A stretch of DNA of 62,338 nucleotides, the filler included, from Sphacelaria rigidula (Eukaryota): assembly GCA_964200075.2 (NCBI GenBank). It is 11 parts of 11 records of this genome, joined end to end, with 100 filler letters (N's around TTAATTAATTAA, not from the genome) between each part and the next. Parts side by side here need not be neighbours in the genome. Positions count along the whole stretch, not along the records: positions 1 to 5,577 come from CAXNAA020026174.1; positions 5,678 to 11,254 come from CAXNAA020026175.1; positions 11,355 to 16,930 come from CAXNAA020026176.1; 8 more parts are not named here. One strand, given 5' to 3'. Under the pieces are notes generated by a model that was given only the letters and a program-made list of their open reading frames with translations, searched no databases and was not told the DNA's origin. Shown piece after piece: positions 1 through 12,529 of this stretch. How positions within the stretch are numbered: the first letter of the stretch is position 1; each line of letters opens with the position of its first letter. The position numbers and the translations under genes are program-made.

Positions 1-729
1 TCTGGAAAATTCCTATCCGCTTCTGCACAAAAGCTCGATTCTTCTCGAACACAGAATCGAACATTTTTTTAATTTTTTTAATTGGGTTTGCTGGGTCGTT
101 GGTGTAGTCGGCGGGTTCAACTCCCGTTGCCCTCGCACCTACCGCGGTGGTTGCTGCTACCCCTGCTGCACCGGGGTAAGTGACATCGCATCATGGAAGG
201 CTATATCTCGTCTCTCGCGGGCAGCGCAGCTCAGCCTGTTGAGGGAAGTGGCTGTTGAGACGCCGATCCCAACTCTCCATTGTGAGCTGCTGTCTTTGCC
301 TGGGTGTTCGTGCAGCTTTTGCCATGCTGTGTTACACCCAAATTGATTCGAACACGTTCGAAAACCACTACTTGTACTGTACTTGACTGTCTTGCACCTG
401 TAGCTGTTCGTTGCCTTGCTCACTATTGGCGAGCGCGGAGTGCTTTTTGGGCTTGAGAACTGAACATAACTGAGCGAGGGTGGGCGGATGTGCATCTTAT
501 TCTCACAGTGACCCCCCCCACCCTGTTGTGTCGTAATCCGCCACTCCGTGACCTGATCCTATAATTCGTCATTCGCCAATACAAACCTCAGATTTCTTCG
601 AAATCCTACCATTGTCACCTCGATCGTGACAGTCCCGGAAAAATTGCGCCGCTTCTCAGCAAGAGCGAGCACACAGCACACACACCCGACGCACGCACGC
701 TCAGTCAATGACACACGTACCCTCAAGCA

Positions 730-752
730 CAAACACACACACACACACACAC
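730..752 (+). repeat. (CA)n microsatellite
   Basis: caaacacacacacacacacacac seen directly. Confidence 0.9.
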
Positions 753-3735
753 AAGGGCATTGTGCAGTATTCCTGCCGCGCCTCGACGTGCCAAGTCGCT
801 GCAGTGTACCAGCTTGGAGAAGGAGACCTCACTTGATACATACGGTAGTCTGGCTACATGTGCACGCCTACACTACAGTAGTAGTTGCGCAGCACACCTC
901 CCGCTGCTGCAATTGACATGCGGGCGATGTAGCCCGAGGGCGGAGCGACACAGTTCGACACAGCTCGAGAGTCTATGCCAAGGCTTCATCATTACACCAC
1001 AGCGAATTTTGGGCTTGTACCCGAGAGAGGTTGGGCATGGGTAGCAGCTATGGTGTGTAGTTGAGTGAATTCCATGCTGCACTGGCGGGAAATCATACCA
1101 TTCTGGCGGGAAACTACGGCGATAACGGAAACTCCGTTCTCCGAGGAGGAGGCAGGCTTATCGCCGAGGAACTGGACGGGATGCCTCCGAGCCGTTTTTT
1201 TCCGGTCGACACTCAACACGCGGGCTATGGCGCTCATCCTCCGGCAGTATGCTCTGTATAGTGTACAAAACGACCCTGTGTCTTCTGCCAGGCTACCATA
1301 TTGGTCACAATTGGGTTTGGTTGTTCTGAACCGGCAATGGTCGTAAGGGTCACTCCACGCGGCACTGCATCGGAGATAGGGCAAAACATCAAACCAGACA
1401 TACGGCTTCTCATATCGGGGAGGAGGAGGGGGTAAGCATGGAGGGAGTGCGGCCGATCAGACGGTTTATCAGCGGAGGTGGTCGAGGCAGTCGTGACAGG
1501 AACGGCGGCGGAGGGGCAGGCGGTGACGTACAGTCATGGCTATGTGCAAGGTTCAAGGTTCTGGACCAGGAATCACTCCATCCAACGAAGCGTCGTGTGT
1601 GCAACCGCCCCAGAGTATCCGAAGAAGGGCATGACCGTGGGGATATGAGGGGTGGGGGGGGAGAACGGGGGGTGGCGGCGGTGGGACCGACCGTAAACGG
1701 GAGTTTGGGGCGGAGATGGGAGCGGGGATGGACGCAATGGCAGCGGCGGTATGGGGGGTGGGCGCGGGAACGGGGGCGGCTGCGGCGGCTGCGGCAGCTG
1801 GGGGGTGTAGAAATCTATGATGTCTGCATCCGATGCCCGAGGGACAAGGCTGAATGGAACTCGCGAGTTTACGAGAGCACTGTACAATTATGCGCGCCCT
1901 CCGCTTGTACTACGTTATAGGCGCCATCCGCGGTTAAGGGCCGCTTGCCTTTTTTGTGTGTGTGTTGTCATCCCATCTCTATTCTGAACGCCAGTTTACA
2001 CCTTTTGGTATATGTGGGCGCACCAGCCGGGTGTTGGAAATTTACACAGCCAGCAATCTAACTGTGTATCTTTTGTGTGAGTTTTTTACTCTGTAGCAAA
2101 TTAGCGGGACAACTAGTTACGGTTCGGGTTGTCGCATAATAGCACAAATCTAACCCGAGATTCCGGGTACAAGTACCTCGTTTATATGGATCCTTGAGTT
2201 AGATATCTTGTTGGTATCGCCACGTAAGATCGTAGGATATGACAGNNNNNNNNNTAAGAATCCAAGCCTGTGAGCTGGTGACCTGCCACGCAAGTGTCAC
2301 GGAAGCGTTTTCGTCTACGTACGTGTAGAAGCTTTGTTTTTGGGTTCCAAGGATTGAGGGACGGAGCTGGTGGTTTCCATCGCCCTCCAAGGTCACTCTC
2401 CTTCATCACCCCAGTTCCTGCTTTCTAAAGGAATTGTGCATTCCAGTTTTTCTTGGCCGCATAAGAGCCCAATCAACCATCTGGCCCACTTCTTTCATTC
2501 TACGCTGCGGAAGCAACTGATCTCACGATCAGGGTGCACCCTCTGCACACTACTGTTCGCTGAACAGTAGTTGGCCTGTCGTGCACAGTGCCTACGACCA
2601 CGAATTATTCCAACAGTATCATGTATAATATATAAACAGTTTCGATAAGCCGTTCCAGTCCGCTCAGCGTAACATTTCTTAGCAGTGTGCACCTACTCGA
2701 TCAGACAGTTTTGGATATCCCTTTCTTTTCGTTCAGGCAATACCCTAAGAATGAGATATACACGTTTGTCCTTGAAATTTCGAATGAATTCGTTTGGGTA
2801 TACACACCAAAAAAAGACGTTTACGCCGACGAACATGAAAGGACCACGATATAACAAGGGTTCTGTGGTGAGCCAAGCTTTAGGAGGCTTTTTGGTCTTG
2901 AACTGAACCAGTTCTAGTTTGAAAATATGAACGTATGCATCGGGGAATCGGGATAAAACATGATAAAATAATCTTTGTCCGGGGTACAAAGAAGGTTTTT
3001 GTGGCGTGTGAAGGCTTAGCGGACGTTATTCCGGCTACGGGCAATAAGCACTCTGACGAATTCTATGTTGAAGTGGTAAAAGTAAGAAACACTTGCGTTC
3101 CGGATCGGAAGGTCAGAGCAGAAGGGGTATCTTGAAGAGTAGATTCACAAAATAGGGCGGTTCTGAATCTATTGTTGGACTTCGTACAGCATAAACCAGC
3201 TGCCATTAGTGTTTGACGACTGAAGAGTGGATTCTTTTAGAGTCAACATCACAGGTTAGGTGGGCAAGTAAGATTGAAGAGATGAAGAGACACCGAGGTG
3301 AAGACAGAAAGGTTTTCTGTCTTCACCCCCGCGAGTCACTCCTCTTTTTACGGTCTGTAGTTTCTGATTCGAAGATTGGTCTCGAGTGCTTCTTGTGGTA
3401 TTTTATAGTGCAACGACATCGGGGCGTCACCAGTAATATACTCAAAGAAGAATCAAAAGGCCTATTTTCTCCTCTTGGCATATCAGTGCCCACATCTCTT
3501 TGGAATTGTGTTTGAACAAGACGGCTAACCTTTATAAAAAAACAGTTGAACCTACATTGGGGGAATAGAGTGAAGACTTCTCCCACGACAGTTCTCCGAA
3601 ACTGTCCTTTGTGATCACCATTTTTATTCCGTTTCAGCATTATGGCAAAGTAAAATATATCGATCGTGTCAGACTACTCCATCCAGGTAATGAAAACTTG
3701 ATGCAACTTGCCGTGCCCTTTTTTCTTGCAGAAAT

Positions 3736-3816
3736 TCATTGCGGTTCTGCTTTCGGAGCAGCGGCATAATCGTGATCCGCCGGCTCTTGCTTTGTCGCCA
3801 CAGCCATCATCCAGCC
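3736..3816 (-). CDS. Possible terminal exon of an unidentified gene (GWMMAVATKQEPADHDYAAAPKAEPQ*)
   Basis: Phase-0 compatible with exon 5019-5120 and ends in TGA, but the acceptor is an uncommon GAG. Confidence 0.35.
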   Translation of the reverse strand, partial: GWMMAVATKQEPADHDYAAAPKAEPQ

Positions 3817-4779
3817 CTCCGACAAGAGGTGTATGAAGGCACAGTACGCGGAAGACAAACAGAGTGAAGACTACACAAAATCCCTGGAGCAAACACCCGC
3901 GATGCAACGAGAACTTAACGAGGAGTTAAATTTTCAATCACAACATGATTTTCAGTGTCAGTTAGCGTCAGTTTAGTGGGTCCAGAACGAAGGGTTTACG
4001 AAAAGGTTATTGAACAGAAACGCAGGTGTGAAAAGCGACTCTATGTTGATACAAACACTCGGCTATTTTTGTTCTAATCTTTATTGGGCCCTCAAGAAAG
4101 TGCGTTGTTTTTCAGCGCTTGCGTGTCGCCCCATGTAACGCACAAGAAATACATGATTCTGAATGCTTCCCCGTGGACGGGGAGAGACAGGGAAGCGGAT
4201 GGGAAAAGAGGAACATCACACACAATAGTTCAACTTCTCGACAACAACAAGTATGATCGCGGGTATCGTTGTGTACCCTAGCTTGATTTTGGAGCGTTCC
4301 GGGCAGTGTCGAGTAGAATCTCCTTCTTGTACGAATGAAAGAGGGAGTTCGCCCATTTCCCCATTTGTTTCGTGAAAAGCGCTGATTATAATATGCGATC
4401 CAGATTCTCAGTAAAACCTCAACAGACAACACTCCTAGGGGGCTATCCCGTAGCAGCTTCATCTGTGCAATCTCTCATACGCGCTAACAACCGAATAGCA
4501 TTCAGTGCATGTTTCTTATTGCAAAAAGCACCAAGAGCTGTCCACTATATTCATCATTGTTCTTGTTCCTATATTTCACACACGACCCTCGCGAGCGCAC
4601 GGGGGGGGAAAGTTGTGAGACTGTTACCCTTTAATATTGTTAGTGTTAGTATTGTTATCATTGCCTTAAGCGTTATTATATTTTTATAGGCGTGGCATTA
4701 TCCTTAAACATCGTAAAAACATGCGGCGCAGAACACACACCATTTCGCGAGTACTCCCTTACCCCCCCCAAACACACAC

Positions 4780-4980
4780 ATAAATGAGTACGCTCCCCTC
4801 CCCCCCCCCGCCGCCCCACTAATGGTCGAGCGACTAAGGCAAGCAAAAAACACTCCGTCTCGGAATGGATGCGTGGTCGATGGTCCAACGACTAAGGTAA
4901 GCAACGAACGAGTACGCCTCTCCTTCATGGTCTTGGTCTTATGACTGTGGCATGCAAGATCATGAGTACACCTCCCCACA
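4780..4980. repeat. Cluster of the abundant dispersed repeat (core GGGATGCGnGGTCAATGGTC...GACTAnGG...ATGAGTAC + C-run). Other copies at ~5756-5850, 6259-6545, 21607-21680, 22707-22820, 23412-23510, 25762-25860, 39563-39634, 50883-50986, 51087-51160, 56526-56605, 56763-56882
   Basis: Copies aligned by eye on both strands across most contigs. Confidence 0.9.
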
Positions 4981-5018
4981 CCCTCAACCCCGTCCGAATG
5001 CACGCAGTCCTTGCTCAC

Positions 5019-5120
5019 CTTTTTGCTAACCCCCTTTAGGCTCGTCTTGTAATAATCGAGAATCTCGGAGACAAAGTGCTCTTCTCCTTTGTAATCTTCA
5101 CCGATCGGTTGGAGAATTAC
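5019..5120 (-). CDS. Internal exon, unidentified protein (VILQPIGEDYKGEEHFVSEILDYYKTSLKGVSKK)
   Basis: Acceptor ttgcag|, donor AAG|GTGAGC, 102 bp open, globular-looking peptide. Confidence 0.6.
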
Positions 5121-5512
5121 CTGCAACGACGCGAGGTGGGAACAGCAGAAGAACATAGGGGAACAGTGCAATGCACAACATCATACACACACATACACAC
5201 AAAAGGCAGCTTTTCGTACGAGCTCCACATTGACTTCATCAAACCCTTCTACTACCACAAGACTATGCTTTGGGCCCGTTCTACTACTCCCGTCCCTCCC
5301 CGCTATCATCCTGTAATGGGGAGCAGAAGGTGACATCTCCGAGTGCAGTATGGCATTCCAGCGCCAGCTGAAACCCTCGTCGAAGGACTAAGTTGAGGGT
5401 ACGTTTTTCTCGAAACACTCTCGCCAGCACCTTCATGCGGAGTGGGCTATTCTCTGTCTCATTCTTGGAGAATTGGAAATGCAACATATATATATATATA
5501 TATAAGTTCACT

Positions 5513-5577
5513 GCCGGTCACCCCGGTGGCTCAGTTGGTAACCTCGTAACCTTCTGATGGTTGAGTTGTGGGGTTCG
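5513..5577 (+). mobile_element. tRNA-derived SINE-like head, truncated by the contig end
   Basis: A-box TGGCTCAGTTGG and start of B-box GGTTCG; paralogue at 45105-45310. Confidence 0.65.
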
Positions 5578-5677
5578 NNNNNNNNNNNNNNNNNNNNNNN
5601 NNNNNNNNNNNNNNNNNNNNNTTAATTAATTAANNNNNNNNNNNNNNNNNNNNNNNNNNNNNNNNNNNNNNNNNNNN
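5578..5677. other. Artificial contig-joining spacer (44 N + TTAATTAATTAA + 44 N). Identical spacers at 11255-11354, 16931-17030, 22607-22706, 28283-28382, 33959-34058, 39635-39734, 45311-45410, 50987-51086, 56663-56762
   Basis: Identical 100-bp structure recurring every 5676-5677 bp. The 12-mer is palindromic and gives stops in all six frames. Confidence 0.98.
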
Positions 5678-6316
5678 GGTGTGTTGGTTATCAATTTTTT
5701 GCTGCTTTGGTGTATTGGACGTTGTACTGCGCTTCTTTTTGGTGGTGGTAGATTTGGGGGGGGGGGAGGGGTACGATCCTGCTCGTCGTAGTCATAGGAC
5801 CGTTGGCCTCGCATCCGCACAAACTCGGGATGGAGCACGCCGGATTTTCTCCAGAACAGGCTCGCGATCACCATCGTGATGTGTTCGGCGAGTCACATGA
5901 AGCATAAGGGCACCCTGCAAAGATGTTTCGGTCCGAAAGGTGCAAATTATCCTGTCTATGGGTGACAGCCTCGGATGAGTGGCCGAATCTTCTGGTATCG
6001 CCACATCCAGAGACAGCCACGGCTTCTACACTGTCTCATGGGTGTCTCTCCATCTGAATACTGCGTCGTACGATCATCCCCTTTGCGCGGGGTCGGGGTT
6101 CTCCACCCCGCACGGTATGATCTAACTCGACTACCACCATGATTGCCGCAAAATAAAACACGAGAGAAACAAAAACACGGCAACCTGGTTGCTTAGCTCA
6201 CGCAGTGCGTGGCATGTTTTACAGCGTCGTTGCCAAGCGACCCCAACCGTTGTAGGGAAGGGGGGAGGGTGTACTCATGACGCTGCATGCCGTGGTCATA
6301 GGGCCATTGACCTCGC

Positions 6317-6515
6317 TGTAATGCGTGAGAGGACCGCGTGCTTAGAGAACCGCGCCGTACTTGAAAATACCTCAGGATCGACGTTTTTCAAAACCAATCG
6401 GGCCAGTCCCTGGAGGTACCACGCCCCTGACCCTAACCTCAGCACTAACCCTAACCATAGGGGTGTTCAAATTCCGATGCGGTCCTCTAAGCACGCGGTC
6501 CTCTCACGCATGACA
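6317..6515. mobile_element. 199-bp MITE with ~37-bp TIRs (TGT...ACA), 5-bp TSD CTCGC and internal telomere-like CCCTAA repeats
   Basis: Left end tgtaatgcgtgagaggaccgcgtgcttagagaaccgc vs reverse complement of right end tgtcatgcgtgagaggaccgcgtgcttagaggaccgc (2 mismatches). CTCGC at 6312-6316 and 6516-6520. It interrupts the abundant repeat, whose other copies read gacctcgcatcc. Confidence 0.92.
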
Positions 6516-7355
6516 CTCGCATCCCCACAAAGCCGGGGCGGAACGGAAGGCGGAGAGGGTGGGGATGGTTCCTAACGAAAACAAACGGACCCCCCTTGCA
6601 AAAAGGGGGCATGCATTCAGTAGGCCGATTTTGTTTTTGTCATCGAAACTTCAAGCCTTCCCCTATCTCTGGATGAGTCCGTTGTCTCAAGGGATCAACC
6701 TCATCTCTCCCTGGAACTCGCCGCGCACTGTGATATAGCGGATTGGACCAGCACCCTCGCAAGGCATCGACTCTTATCCAATGAAGTTTCTCTGCTACCC
6801 ATGCTATCACATGCTCAACGACGGAAACCATACGCCTCTCGGTAAAATGACCCCGCATGCCTTTGCTGGGACTCGAACCCCTCAATCTCCCGCTCTCACC
6901 AGTCAGATCATCGAGACGCGGCAGCTACTATCTCACCAGACTGTCAGACAACGTACATTTGACGTGAGAAGCGATAGGAGACGCATCGTTCCATGTGTGC
7001 GGGAAAACACTTGCTGCAAAAAACAAATATGCACGGTTGAGCCGGGTAAGGTCCCCGTGTGGTCGCGCGTATGGGGGGCGGCGGTATTTCAACAATAATT
7101 TCTGTGTGCTTATCTTAGACCCGCCTGGCCGCGAACTTGCCAATGTCGGCAGTCACAATTACTTGACGTCGCTGACGAAGGTTTCATTTTCGGAAACGAA
7201 TGACATGTGAATCATGATTAATCGTCCGTGTTTATGCCCGTACATGCTTCTGCGAACAGCTCAATACAGATTGGTCAAGTGGCACACAGAACATATTGTT
7301 TTTTTTCAATGGTGTTGTCCTGAAGATGCCTATCCAGTTTGACGAATTCGCTCAC

Positions 7356-7524
7356 TTGTCTGGGCACTTTGGTGAGAAGGAAGTCGCTCCCGCGGCGATC
7401 GGCCCAGGTGGATAGATCCAACCTCGATGTACTTCGGGACGCGTTGATGTGGAAGCGAACTCTGTCGGCCGGGTCCGTCGAGGTTCCCCGCCGCTTGGCT
7501 CTTCGTTTTTCCCTAGCAGCCACC
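7356..7524 (-). CDS. Exon C of an unidentified gene (VAAREKRRAKRRGTSTDPADRVRFHINASRSTSRLDLSTWADRRGSDFLLTKVPRQ)
   Basis: Pyrimidine tract + aag acceptor, CAA|GTGAGC donor; phase-2 junction fits exon B. Confidence 0.7.
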
Positions 7525-9485
7525 CTTTCGGTTAAAAACAAAAAGCAAAAACGCGCGTTCGGATAACATGAAAACCATGAGTACACATAGAAAAGGCTAC
7601 AACATAATAGATTGACAATCTGTGATACAATATATAGACGTAACAAGCCAAGAACACGCAAATATCGACCAATAGAGCAAGACTCAGCCTGACAACTGAC
7701 GGAAAACCATCATGTACTGTTGGTTCACCTGAAGACTATCGTCAAGAACATCAACTACCAATGAGCACCGTTGAATCGAACCGCACTGGTCGCCGTGTCG
7801 CCGAAGTGATCTTAGTGCACTCGGATGTTGTTATTCGTCCATTGGAACCCTCGTCGCCTCTAGTCGCTGAAATATGTTTGAAGCGTTTTGTAAAGATCGA
7901 AAAATCGCCTCCTGCATATTTGACAACATAACCCTTGGAGGCTCGGAGCCTCTTTGAGCTTCGCCCGCTCGTGTTTTGCGCCCCATGGAATAAATACAGA
8001 CTAGTGAAAATACTTGATAAATTCCGCTAAACTACATTCACGCTCAAGAGAAACTTCCGACCACTCAAAAGTCTAGACACCTTCGGGGACACAGATTTAC
8101 GTTCGTGACGATTACTCCATCATTCTAATGGTTGGCGCTCCTAGAGTTTCTTCCTTGGCTTTGGATGTCGTGACGCCGCTAAGTCCCCCGGCTCAACTCA
8201 CGGTTCAGAGGATATCGGTTCCTCAAATGGTATGTGCAACCTCAAACAAGTAGGTGCGCTGCTTCCTGGTGGTTACCACTTCCCGATCGGGAATGAAAAC
8301 GCATATTGCGATAGAACGTTGGAAGTGCAATTTTTCTACGCACGCACACATATGTAAGTAAATATATTAGAGCTCGGAAATGGTTTGTTTCACCATTCAC
8401 CAGATGAATGATTACGCGTAGCGCACCTCATTTTCCACTTAAATGGTACATAATGGTCTCGGTCATCGAGCGGCGCAGCCGTGAGCCAACCCCCCCCCCC
8501 CCCCCCCCGGCGGGGGGGGGGGGGGGGGGGGGGGCCCCCCCCCGGGGCCCGTTGTTGGGGGGGTTGGGTTCCCTGGGGTCGGNNNNNNNNNNCCATTCAC
8601 CTAAAAAGTTACAAAAGGGGCCCGGGCAGCGGGGGGGGGCGGCGCGGCCCCCCCCCCCCCCCCCCCCCCCGGCAGGGGGGGGGGGGGGGCTGGAGGCGCC
8701 GTACCGGAGGCACGTTTGTACGCGAATTGGCTTCACTGGAGCTAAAAATTACGTCAAATTTGCGGCAAGTTTAAGGGCTGTATGTAGCAGACGTAGCCGG
8801 TAGCGGCTTGTAAAGCCGGTAGCGGTAAATAATGGTTTGAAACCATTTTACAAATGTTTCGTACTAGTATAACCATTACCATTATTACCAATATAATGAT
8901 AATGGCCATTTATAACTGGGATCATTTCCGAGCTCTAATATTTATGTATATATATATATACATTTTGGGAAGTTGTCATGGATGTTGGTCGCAATCTGAA
9001 AGATTAAAGGGAAAAAATGGCACGTATTATTCTTTTTTCAACCCTTTCGGTACCCATTATAAAAGGATGAATTCGGGGTGTTTTGGCGCCCCCAACTGCT
9101 GATGGGTATAATTCCGGTTTGCACCGGAAATGGAAAGAAACTAAGCGTGTTGCTGCGATGGTCAGACGCTCAATATTATCGTTGGGCTGGGGTATCTTCT
9201 GAAGAGCGTCACGCGAGAAAACACGATTCTCTGAGGATACCCCAGACATTATATGTCAACAGCAACCATTTCCTCAAGCGTTTCAACAGCTTAGACGGCA
9301 GAGCTAGATCGCTATCTGCGCACCATGCAGTCAAAGCTGAGAAAACACAGCCTCTGTATTCAAAAGTTTCACGGCAATGGCTCAATGGACCCGCCCTCGT
9401 CTGTTCTGACATGGTGTTCTTCATTTCCTTAGTCTTGGGAACGTGGCTCGGCCTACTGAATGTACATCGTACGGTACGTGGTCAC

Positions 9486-9583
9486 CGAGCGAGACCGCTA
9501 TCCGCCGTGACCGGTCGCTTCGGTGGATTATCCCGCATGGCCTTCAATGTCCGTCGCACCTCTTCTTGCTGAGCCAACCGCTC
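9486..9583 (-). CDS. Exon B of the same gene (ERLAQQEEVRRTLKAMRDNPPKRPVTADSGLAR)
   Basis: gacag| acceptor, CG|GTGACC donor; phases 0 and 2 fit both neighbours. Confidence 0.7.
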
Positions 9584-10361
9584 CTGTCCACGCAGGGGTG
9601 TGAACGGGATGACGGGCAAGGCAAAACAAGCGCTCAAAGTGACGCTAGGCGTAGTCTGATGATCAAAAGGTACGTGTACTCGGGCCGTGCAGAGTTAGAG
9701 TCCTCGGAAGGTTTGCAACGGGCGAGCTGGGGTAGGAAGGCCATTAGGGTTGATTTGATTTTGATTGGTTGATTGTCGCACTCTAACTGACCCCCCAGGG
9801 GCCCAGCCGTGGTCTCAGGAAACGAAACTGAAGCACTCGCTGGAGAAAAGAAGGATCAGAAAAAAAAAAAAGTCGAACAGAACGACATAGCAGACGAAGA
9901 CGTAATATATGTATATCGTTTGCGGTTAAAATACCAAGACATCGATATTCATGCTGGGTGAATGGGTTTACACACCCATTGTGGTAGCCTTAGTTTCCGC
10001 CAAGTGTTGTTATTTTGTGATAAAACGTTGTAGGGCTATCGAACTCAGATCAGTGGTAACGTATAGGAGATCTTGCAATAGTACGAATCGTGGGTTTGGG
10101 TCTTTGTTCATTTCATGCTGTGTGACTACCGTGTAGACAGGACGTTCTCGAGATACCAACGTGTGGACTAACATATAGGGGCGAGGTCGACCTGATGGCC
10201 AGCACCGCTTCGGGGCAAGACATGAGCGGTCATATAGTGCGTGCACGCCGCACATGAGGAGAGAAAGAGGTCATGGCGCGACCGTCACAGCTACACTGTA
10301 CTTCTTGTCGACACAGTGTAGTGATATTACGCATACTGTTCTTAGTTCACATCAGCAAAAC

Positions 10362-10498
10362 CTTCAGAGCTACTCTGTATTCTCTCATCCGGGGAGCAGC
10401 GTCCCGTCGTGAAGCCAGCCCCTTCGCCACGGCCGAGATCTTGAAGAACGTGGTGAGGAACTCCGGCACTTCGATCTCGACCTTGGGAGCGAACACCG
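10362..10498 (-). CDS. Exon A of the same gene (VFAPKVEIEVPEFLTTFFKISAVAKGLASRRDAAPRMREYRVALK)
   Basis: cgcag| acceptor, AAG|GT donor, strongly GC3-rich codons. Confidence 0.7.
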
Positions 10499-10921
10499 CT
10501 GCGTGTGTTTCCAAGACGATGACAGAAACAATACATACATGTCGTGTGTCAAAATGGTTCAATGACTCCACTGATTTGGTTTTTTGATGTATTCGTTTCT
10601 TAACGTATTTGAAAACAAAATTGAAAGAACCGAGTAGCACTACATCTAGGTGGTCATTTCTTGTTGGCCAAATACGACTCTTTGCACACGTTCGGTTTAC
10701 TCGAACATCTTTCCATGACAGCATGGGGTATTCATTTACCCCAGGTCTCGACATTTTTTTTAAAAACAACGTGACATATGAATGACATTTGAACGACGTG
10801 AGAGAATATACAAGACACGTATTTGCGATCGTACTCAAAAATAGCGCCAGCAGTTGTTCTTCATACACGAAGACAGCTGGTTTCTCCGATGTGTCTTAAA
10901 TGAGGATTAGGCGGATGAAAC

Positions 10922-11050
10922 CATGTCCGCGCTCAGGAACACGGGCAACGGTTCTCTTGTACGCAAATACGTCGACGGCAAAACAGGTGAGTTTGGCGCA
11001 TGCATCACCCTCCATGACGATTTGGCACCTCGAGCGGTTGCCATCGTCTT
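10922..11050 (-). CDS. Possible upstream exon of the same gene (DDGNRSRCQIVMEGDACAKLTCFAVDVFAYKRTVARVPERGH)
   Basis: ttttag| acceptor and weak G|GTTTCA donor give phase 1, matching exon A; otherwise weak. Confidence 0.3.
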
Positions 11051-12382
11051 CTAAAATGTAGATGCAGAATAATCGAATGCCAAAAACCCTACCAAACGAC
11101 GTGCAAAACGTCGGGAAGCAAGTTCATCTGTCGGCTAAAATCTGAAGGGGAGGGAAATAGGATAAGGTGGGGGGGGGGGGGGGGGGGTGCTTGTTTTTTG
11201 TTGTGATGAGGTGGTGGAGCTTTGAACGGAGGGGGGTGGGGGGGGGGGCGACCTNNNNNNNNNNNNNNNNNNNNNNNNNNNNNNNNNNNNNNNNNNNNTT
11301 AATTAATTAANNNNNNNNNNNNNNNNNNNNNNNNNNNNNNNNNNNNNNNNNNNNAAAGCACTGTTTAGGCTTGAACCTCATCTCAAAGTTAAACCTCAGT
11401 TCGCACAATTTGTTGTTTCCTGTTGATTTTAATACGTAAGCTTTATTGCGCACCACGACTCGCCGCCCTTTCTGGGCTCATTACCCATCAGCAGGTGGGC
11501 AAAACAGTGATAGAGGTCAGTTTAGACTGTGCAACAGAGGATCGAGATAAAATGTACGGCAAGTGAGAGTGATAATGTGATTTTGCGTATAGTATCTGCC
11601 GTCGCTCCAAGAGTTAGGTTTCGGTCTTGGTAAGCGCTGTTAATATCCGAGTATGGATTGGATCAGGGTTCGGCAGTAGAGCAGATGCACCGAGGGTTTG
11701 TGTCCATCCCGTCAGATGAAGAGGCCGGCCCGGCGATAGACATCGACCATCCAGTGTTCCATGCCAGATGTCAGGTATCAGAGGGCTTTTGCGACGGACT
11801 CGGCATCCCGTATTTTACGACTAACTAAAAGTAATTTCCGATGTCACCTGAACACCCGAATCTATGAGCGCCACTCAATACATCCACCTCCCTGTGGACT
11901 TCTGCCGTCGCTTCCCGGTTATGACACCCGCGAAGACAGGCGTCAGCAGTAGTTGATGAAATGTTCAGGCGCAGCACGTCAGAGGATAATATCGCCCATC
12001 GAAGGTACGGGTTAGATGAACAGCTGCCGTGCCCCAGCATCGGTTTGTGCGATCCAGCAAGGTCTGAGCGTTAGGGCTGCAGTCTTCACAAGATTGGCAC
12101 TGGAATTGCACCTGAAATAATGACACTGCGCATTAATTTCAAAGCACCCGAAAGAAACTACGCAGAGGCGGTTCGTACGTTTTCGGTGTCGGCCCATGAC
12201 TCGACGGGGGATGGCCATTTCGCTTCCGCAAGTCTACCACAGAGCAACCGATACCTTACAGAGATCACGCGAAAACCTTGCATGACTTCCGTACGTATGT
12301 TTCTAAATCATAATTTTTCATCAGCCTATGAATGCATCTAGAACGACGCGCGTTACGGGTTTTGTTCAAGTGGAAAAGCAGC

Positions 12383-12529
12383 TCAGAGCTCGATATGGCG
12401 TGTGTCGGTCGTGGTTGATCCGATCTCCTGCCCCCCAAGAGCATGTTCCTCTTCGGCAAAAGATGTCACGTTTCGGAACCAGAAGTTCACGGCTACGTTC
12501 CCCTCATCCGCGTCTGGGAATGATCGCAC
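12383..12529 (-). CDS. Terminal exon of a JmjC/Cupin_8 oxygenase (VRSFPDADEGNVAVNFWFRNVTSFAEEEHALGGQEIGSTTTDTRHIEL*)
   Basis: catag| acceptor, phase 0. NVAVNFWF is the typical last strand of JmjC-only hydroxylases and continues WHHE|V from exon 16752-16830. Confidence 0.88.
   Translation of the reverse strand: MRSFPDADEGNVAVNFWFRNVTSFAEEEHALGGQEIGSTTTDTRHIEL

Noticed and set aside
760..1920. Pro-rich/Gly-rich ORFs as a gene or gag
   Set aside because: Low complexity, multiple stops, no zinc knuckle and no consistent splice sites.
5513..5577. Functional tRNA gene
   Set aside because: D-arm and acceptor pairing are not intact, and the sequence recurs with a non-tRNA tail, so it is treated as a SINE head.
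8480..8700. Mirror poly-C/poly-G blocks and their Pro/Gly ORFs as a structural element
   Set aside because: They flank a 10-N gap and resemble low-quality homopolymer read ends; similar tracts occur at 11170-11250, 28383-28482 and 46995-47175.
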